Under the pieces are notes generated by a model. It saw only the letters and a list, made by a program, of their open reading frames with translations, was not told the DNA's origin and ran no database searches. A stretch of 64,000 nt of DNA from an uncultured delta proteobacterium. Its GTDB lineage: Bacteria > Desulfobacterota > Binatia > UBA9968. The stretch lies in NCBI GenBank assembly GCA_963847445.1, contig CAWJZV010000023.1, positions 1 through 64,000 of the forward strand, given 5' to 3'. The stretch's first letter is position 1. Every line of letters starts with the position of its first letter. Below, in pieces: positions 58,345-64,000 of this stretch. The translations under genes were made by a program, and so were the position numbers.

Positions 58345-59482
58345 ATGGCCATGGATTTTCAACCGGTCGAGAACGCCTTCAACGAAGCGGTGGCTCAAGG
58401 AGTCTTTCCCGGCGCGGTGGTGCTGGTATGCAAGGACGAGCAGGTGGTTTTCGAGAAGAGCGTTCGGCTATCGCTCGTTGTTGCCGCAGAAGAGCCCGAT
58501 GCAGAGCGATACCATCGTTCGATCTCGCCTCGCTGACCAAACCGATGGCGACTACGGTGGCGATCATGTTGCTGGTGCGCGAAGCCAAGCTGCGCATCGA
58601 CGATAAGCTCACCCGCATCCTGCCGACGTTCGGCGTGTTCGGCAAAAGCCTGACGACCTTTCGCCAACTGCTCAACCACTCGTCCGGTCTGGCGGCGTGG
58701 AAGCCGTACCATGAGGAAATCGTCAAAATGGAAAAGGCGGGGCGGATCAACTTCTTGTCGTCAGCCGCGCCGCAAAAAATTATGTGTTGGAGCAAATTCA
58801 CCGCGACAAGCCGCTGAGCGCGCCCGGCGCCCAGACGCTCTACAGCGATCTCGGATTCATGGTGTTGGCCGAAGCCGTCGAGACCATCACCAGCAGTGGG
58901 CTCGACCGTTTCTGCCAGGAGCGCATTTTTAAACCTCTCGGACTTCGTTCCACTGGCTTTGTCGATCTTACCGAGCTGCGCAAGCGCCGGCTGCAACCGG
59001 TCGAAGCGATGATCGCGCCCACCGAGAACTGTCCGTGGCGCAAAAAAATTCTTTGCGGCGAAGTCCATGACGACAACGCCTACGCGATGGGCGGGGTGTG
59101 CGGCCATGCCGGGCTTTTCTCCTCGGCGCGCGACGTGCATACTTTTCTCCTGCGCATGAACCGCTGTCTGCACGGCAAGGACGATTTCTTGCCGCAATCG
59201 GTCGTGCAGGAATTTTTCACTAGGGATACTTCGGTGCCGAACTCGACCTATGCACTGGGCTGGGACACGCCGTCGCCGGCCAATTCGTCGAGCGGCACGC
59301 TGTTTTCGCCCCGTTCGGTCGGCCATCTCGGTTTCACCGGCTGCTCGATGTGGTGGGACCTCGAAAAAAATTGTCATGTCATCCTATTGACCAACCGGGT
59401 GCACCCAAGCCGCAAGAATGAAAAGATTCGCGACTTCCGTCCCCAGGTACACGACCTGATTATGAAAGCGCTTTTTCCATGA
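58345..59482 (+). CDS. Beta-lactamase-family serine hydrolase; frameshifted
   Basis: FDLASLTK (SxxK), LLNHSSGL, YSDLGF, VHDDNA, GHLGFTG. Confidence 0.85.
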
Positions 59483-60898
59483 GCGATTTGCCGCCCGCCG
59501 GCAGCCATATTCATTTGACCGCGATCTGCGGCGTCGGCATGGCCTCCCTGGCGGGGCTGCTGAAGGCGCGCGGCTATCGCGTCACCGGTTCGGATCAAAA
59601 TATTTATCCGCCGATGAGCACCTATCTGGCGGATATCGGCATTAACGTGCTCGCCGGCTTTCGCGCCGAGCATCTCGTGCCGCGACCCGATCTCGTGGTC
59701 ATCGGCAACGCGGTGTCGCGAAACAATCCCGAAGCCGAAGCGGTGTTGGACCAGGGCATCGATTACATTTCGTTTCCCCAGGCGCTGGGCCGCTTTCTCA
59801 TCGGCGCGCGCAGTTCATTGGTGGTCGCCGGCACCCATGGGAAGACCACCACCTGCGCGTTGGCCGCCTGGGTGCTGACCAGCGCCGGACTCGATCCGGG
59901 TTTCTTTGTCGGCGGTGTGCCGCTCAATTTCGGCAGCGGCTGGAATGCCGGTACGGGCGAGCATGTGGTGCTCGAAGGCGACGAGTATGACACGGCATTT
60001 TTCGACAAGGGGCCGAAGTTTCTCCACTACCGGCCGCGCCATGTCATCCTGACCAGCGTCGAGTTCGACCACGCCGATATTTACCGCGATCTCGATCATG
60101 TGAAGAGCGCGTTTCGCCAAGCTGGTCGACATCATTCCCGCCGATGGATCGTTGGTGGTTTGCAGCGATTATCCGGACGGCGGTTGCGCTGAGCCGCGCG
60201 CGTCGAAAGCGCCGTCGGCAACCTATGGCGAGTCCGGCGATTGGACCGCCGCAAAATGTCAAGTTCGACCAGGGGCGAAGCTTCTTCGAACCCTGTTTCA
60301 AGGGCCGATCCGAAGGTGTGATCGAGGCCGCGGTCATCGGCCGGCACAATGTCAAAAATGCTCTGGCGGTCTACGCTATGGGCCGAACCATGGGCATCGC
60401 CGCGCGAAACTGCTCGACGGCTTTCGCACTTTCAAAGGGGTCAAACGGCGCCAAGAAGTGCGCGGCGAAAAGCGCGGTGTAACCGTAATCGACGACTTCG
60501 CCCATCATCCGACCGCGGTGCGCGAAACCATCGACGCGGTGCGCGGTGCTTACGCCGGCCGCCGGCTCTGGGCGATCTTCGAGCCGCGCAGCAATACCAG
60601 CAAACGCAATGTTTTCGAAAATGAATTCGCCGCGGCGTTGGCACTGGCCGATCAAACCATTGTTGCCGGCGTCTATCAGCCCGAGAGAGTGCCGGAAGAC
60701 CAACGCTTGTCGGTCCAAGACCTGGTCGGCGAAATTAACCGCATTGGCGGTGCTGGGCGGGCGCTGACGATTGCCGACTCGGCGGCCATCGCTGAATATG
60801 TCGCGCGCCATAGCCGGGCAGGGGACGTGCTGCTGGTGATGTCCAACGGCGGCTTTGACGCCGTCCATGATAAGATTCTCCAGGCCCTAGCCGGTTAG
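59479..60898 (+). CDS. mpl: Murein peptide ligase; frameshifted in the 60120-60410 region
   Basis: ICGVGMASLA, GSDQNIYPPMS, GTHGKTTT, EGDEYDTAFFDK, DDFAHHPT, FEPRSNT, MSNGGF. Confidence 0.92.
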
Positions 60899-61113
60899 AT
60901 AGCGCTGAGCGCATTCCTCGCTGCAAAAAAACTTTCCCTGGCGCGCCACGGCTGCTGATTTCGCCACATAGGCTTGGCATTGAGGGTCGAGCACCATCTC
61001 TTCGCCGAGGCGCGCCTGGTCCGCCGTTTTCTTACCGCCGCGAGCAGCGGCTTGAGCGCCGCATAGACGATATAGATGACGAGGCAAAGAACCAGCAGGC
61101 GGAGCAGAGTCAT
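60887..61113 (-). CDS. Small membrane-anchored Cys-motif (TRASH/PP0621-like) protein; frameshift near 61025
   Basis: N-terminal TM plus EEMVLDPQCQAYV...FFCSEEC. Confidence 0.7.
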
Positions 61114-61145
61114 GTCGCTCCTAGGTCGATGGCAGAAGTGCTGCC

Positions 61146-61649
61146 TTAGGCATGGTAGAGATGGATCTTTTTGTCGTCTTTGACGTTGATGAGCAGCTCT
61201 GAGATCGTCACCCCGAGTTCTGGATGAATCACCTGCGGCGCGATCTCGCTCAACGGGATCAGGACGAACTTGCGGCTGGCCATTTCCGGGTGGGGAATGC
61301 GCAGGTTCTTTTTCTTCACCACCGCGAGATCGAACAGCAAGATATCGAGATCGATAATTCGCGCGCCCCAGCGTTTCTTCACCTTCTTGCGGCCCATGGC
61401 GCGCTCGATGTTTTTGAATTTTTCGAGCAGCGCCTCCGGTTTGAACTTGGTTTCGATTTCGATGGCGCCGTTGACGTACCAGTCTTTGGAATCACCCAGC
61501 GGTTCGCTTTCGTAGAGCGACGATTCCTTGATCACCCGGGTGTCGGGCAGTTTGCCGACGCGCTCCACGGCCTCAAAAAAGTTCTCCCGCTTGTTGCCGA
61601 CATTGGAGCCGATGCCGATGTAGACTTGATGGGTGATGACGTTGGCCAT
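61146..61649 (-). CDS. folK: 6-hydroxymethyl-dihydropterin pyrophosphokinase
   Basis: YIGIGSNVG, RWGARIIDLDIL, IPHP. Confidence 0.96.
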   Translation of the reverse strand: MANVITHQVYIGIGSNVGNKRENFFEAVERVGKLPDTRVIKESSLYESEPLGDSKDWYVNGAIEIETKFKPEALLEKFKNIERAMGRKKVKKRWGARIIDLDILLFDLAVVKKKNLRIPHPEMASRKFVLIPLSEIAPQVIHPELGVTISELLINVKDDKKIHLYHA

Positions 61650-61672
61650 AGTGCCGTCTGGGATAGGCCGTG

Positions 61673-62845
61673 CTAGAGCTTGACGCGGCGAATCCTTTCC
61701 GCTACCTCCCGGAGTCGTTCTTTATCGACACAAACGGTAAAACGGACATAGCCTTCGCCGGCTTCCCCGAAACCATTGCCGGGAGTCGTGACCACGCCGG
61801 CCTCGTCGAGCAATTTGCTGGTGAAATCGGCTGACGAAAGCCCTTTGGGACAGCTCACCCAGACGTAAAACGTCGCCTTGGGTTTGTCGCACTCGAGACC
61901 GACCGCTCGCAAACCATCGACCAGGATATCGCGACGTTCCTGGTAAATCTTGCGCGACGGCTCGACGATCTGGTCGCCCAGGCGGAGCGCTTCGATGCCG
62001 GCTTCTTGCACGGCTTGAAAGATGCCCGAGTCGAGATTGGATTTCGCCTGGGCCAAACCGCCAACGATTTCCGGATTGCCGACCGCCATGCCGATGCGCC
62101 AGCCGGTCATGTTGAAGGTCTTGGACAGCGAGTGAAATTCGATGCCGACTTCGCGCGCGCCGTCGACTTCGAGAAAGCTCATCGGCCGATAGCCGTCAAA
62201 TCCCATCTCGGTATAGGCGGCATCATGGCAGACGATGACGTTATACTTGTTGGCGAAGGCGACCACCCGCTGATAAAAATCCTTGTCGGCGACTGCGGCA
62301 GTCGGATTGTTCGGATAGTTGATCCAGAGCAATTTGGCCTGCTTGGCCACGTCCGCCGGGATCGCGTCCAGGTCCGGCAGGAAATGATTCTCTTTCCTCA
62401 GTGGGAGAAAATAGTTCGTGCCGCCATTGAAGGCGGTGCCGATATGGTAGACCGGATAACAAGGACTCGAGACCAGGACGATGTCGCCGGGATCGACGAA
62501 GGCCACCGCCATGTTGCCGATACCTTCTTTTGAGCCGATTAACGAGCAGACTTCTTTGCCTGGATCCAGGGTCACGCCAAAACGAGATTTGTACCAGGTC
62601 GAAACCGCCTGGCGGAATTCCGCCATTCCCGAGCTATTGGGATAGCGATGGTTCGCCGGCCGGCTGGCGCCTTCTAACAGTTTCTCGACGACAGTTGCCG
62701 GTGTCGGGATATCGGGATCGCCGATGCCAAGATCGATGAGGTCGACGCCGCGGCTCAACGCTTCGCGCTTGCGGCGGTCGATTTCAGCAAAGAGGTAAGG
62801 CGGTAAATCGTTGATTCGTTTGGCTTTTTTTATGGTGAGGGACAA
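61673..62845 (-). CDS. dapL: LL-diaminopimelate aminotransferase
   Basis: LPPYLFAEID, LIGSKEG, NYPNNPT, SLSKTFNMTGWRIG. Confidence 0.88.
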   Translation of the reverse strand: MSLTIKKAKRINDLPPYLFAEIDRRKREALSRGVDLIDLGIGDPDIPTPATVVEKLLEGASRPANHRYPNSSGMAEFRQAVSTWYKSRFGVTLDPGKEVCSLIGSKEGIGNMAVAFVDPGDIVLVSSPCYPVYHIGTAFNGGTNYFLPLRKENHFLPDLDAIPADVAKQAKLLWINYPNNPTAAVADKDFYQRVVAFANKYNVIVCHDAAYTEMGFDGYRPMSFLEVDGAREVGIEFHSLSKTFNMTGWRIGMAVGNPEIVGGLAQAKSNLDSGIFQAVQEAGIEALRLGDQIVEPSRKIYQERRDILVDGLRAVGLECDKPKATFYVWVSCPKGLSSADFTSKLLDEAGVVTTPGNGFGEAGEGYVRFTVCVDKERLREVAERIRRVKL

Positions 62846-62965
62846 TGCTCGCGGTCCTCCGTTAGAAAATCGAACTGGTTTTACCTGTTTTTTGCCGTTT
62901 TGACAACTGTCTCGATTATTCCCGTTTTTGCCATAGTTGGTAGAAGTGGTTAGGATGGGTTGACT

Positions 62966-63463
62966 ATGGACCTGATTATCGATGGCTACAACTTACTCGC
63001 GCTCGACAAGCGTTTGGATCGCGGGCTGGAACAGAGTCGCAATTCACTGATCAATAATTTAGTGCGCTATCGGCAAGCGAAGCCGATGAATTTGACAGTT
63101 GTCTTCGATGGCTGGCGTTCCGGTTCCGCCAGCGAAACCCGTCTCGCCCAAGATGGAATCGCGATTGTCTATTCACGCCTGGGCGAAAAAGCCGATGCCG
63201 TGGTCATTCGGCTGGCGCGGGAAAAAAACAGTGGCGCAGCGGTGGTGTCGTCGGATCGCGAAATTCGCAACGCCGTGGAACGCTTCGGCGCGGTGGCGAT
63301 TCACGCCCACGAGTTTAGCGAGATCTTACAACAGTTGGACAATCCCGGTGGCGCAGATGCGTTTGACGATTGGCAAGATCGCCCTTCCGATCGAGGCGGC
63401 GCTAATCGATTGTCGAAAGCGGAACGCAAGCGCCAGGACAAACTTAGAAAGCTCCGTCTCTAG
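62966..63463 (+). CDS. NYN-domain (YacP/Rae1-like) ribonuclease
   Basis: IIDGYNL, VVFDG, KADAVV, VSSDREI. Confidence 0.88.
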   Translation: MDLIIDGYNLLALDKRLDRGLEQSRNSLINNLVRYRQAKPMNLTVVFDGWRSGSASETRLAQDGIAIVYSRLGEKADAVVIRLAREKNSGAAVVSSDREIRNAVERFGAVAIHAHEFSEILQQLDNPGGADAFDDWQDRPSDRGGANRLSKAERKRQDKLRKLRL

Positions 63464-63508
63464 ATTGCTAGCGGTCTGTAACAGGCTTTTTCAGCAGTCT
63501 GCTCGGGA

Positions 63509-64000
63509 TCACTTGGTTTCGCGGCGCTCGACCTTGATCAATAGGCCGTTGTGAAATATCAGCACCGAGCCGTCAGCGTAATGCCAATGCTCTTCGGCGA
63601 CCTTGATCGGACCTTGCACTTTTATCACCCGGCTCGGCGCCCCCAACACCTTTTTCACTTCGGCGCCGGTCAATCCTGGAACAGGCTGTCGCTTAATCGC
63701 CGCCTCTTTGACCGCTGGCGACCAAGGCTGAGCGCGGATCCATTCGACCCGTTTTTTGTCGGCCTCGGCGACTTCGGCGATTTTTCGCTTTTCTTCGGCC
63801 GCGGGATCGGTGGTGACAATCGTCAGATTTAACGCCTCGAGAAATTGCTCTGGGCTGATATATCCTTCTTGGCCGTTCTCACGCTTGATTTTGTAGTAGG
63901 GATTTTTGGTTGCTTGTCCCACCAGGGCCGAGATCTGAAAGGATTCAACCGTATCGACGCGAGCCAGTTTGGCATTTGCTGCCGGCGCGGTGGCGAAGCT
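63509..64000 (-). CDS. Hypothetical protein, 5' end outside window
   Basis: Open frame to the edge; SH3-like YYKIKRENGQEGYI and SmpA-like LGAP...EHWHY tail. Confidence 0.65.
   Translation of the reverse strand, partial: SFATAPAANAKLARVDTVESFQISALVGQATKNPYYKIKRENGQEGYISPEQFLEALNLTIVTTDPAAEEKRKIAEVAEADKKRVEWIRAQPWSPAVKEAAIKRQPVPGLTGAEVKKVLGAPSRVIKVQGPIKVAEEHWHYADGSVLIFHNGLLIKVERRETK

Overview
GC-rich bacterial chromosome segment. It is most consistent with a Deltaproteobacteria-like/Candidatus Binatia genome (inference from repeated NMT1/SsuA-type binding proteins, amidohydrolases, paired DUF507 genes, dapL and a TrmD-SPOUT fusion). More than 20 genes, including essential ones (ffh, rplS, trmD, rimM), are broken by single-base indels, mostly +1 insertions, which points to assembly error rather than gene decay. 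0-14 kb: ergothioneine/selenoneine-related neighbourhood (SenA-like enzyme beside a GH84 GlcNAcase, an FGE-domain protein, EgtD divergent from an EgtUV/OpuBC-like ABC importer) plus a histidine kinase module. 14-44 kb: accessory metabolic genes, an AAA+/cupin pair bounded by a transposase remnant and nested repeats, uvrB, uvrC, comEC, a plant-type thrC-CGS pair and vapBC. 44-64 kb: housekeeping genes (hrpB, rarA, ffh-rpsP-khpA-rimM-trmD-rplS, groESL, ldcA-mpl, folK, dapL). A dense, phased DnaA-box cluster at about 57.1-57.4 kb is an oriC or DnaA-titration candidate. At least five families of short palindromic intergenic repeats are present. No rRNA, tRNA or CRISPR array was recognised.
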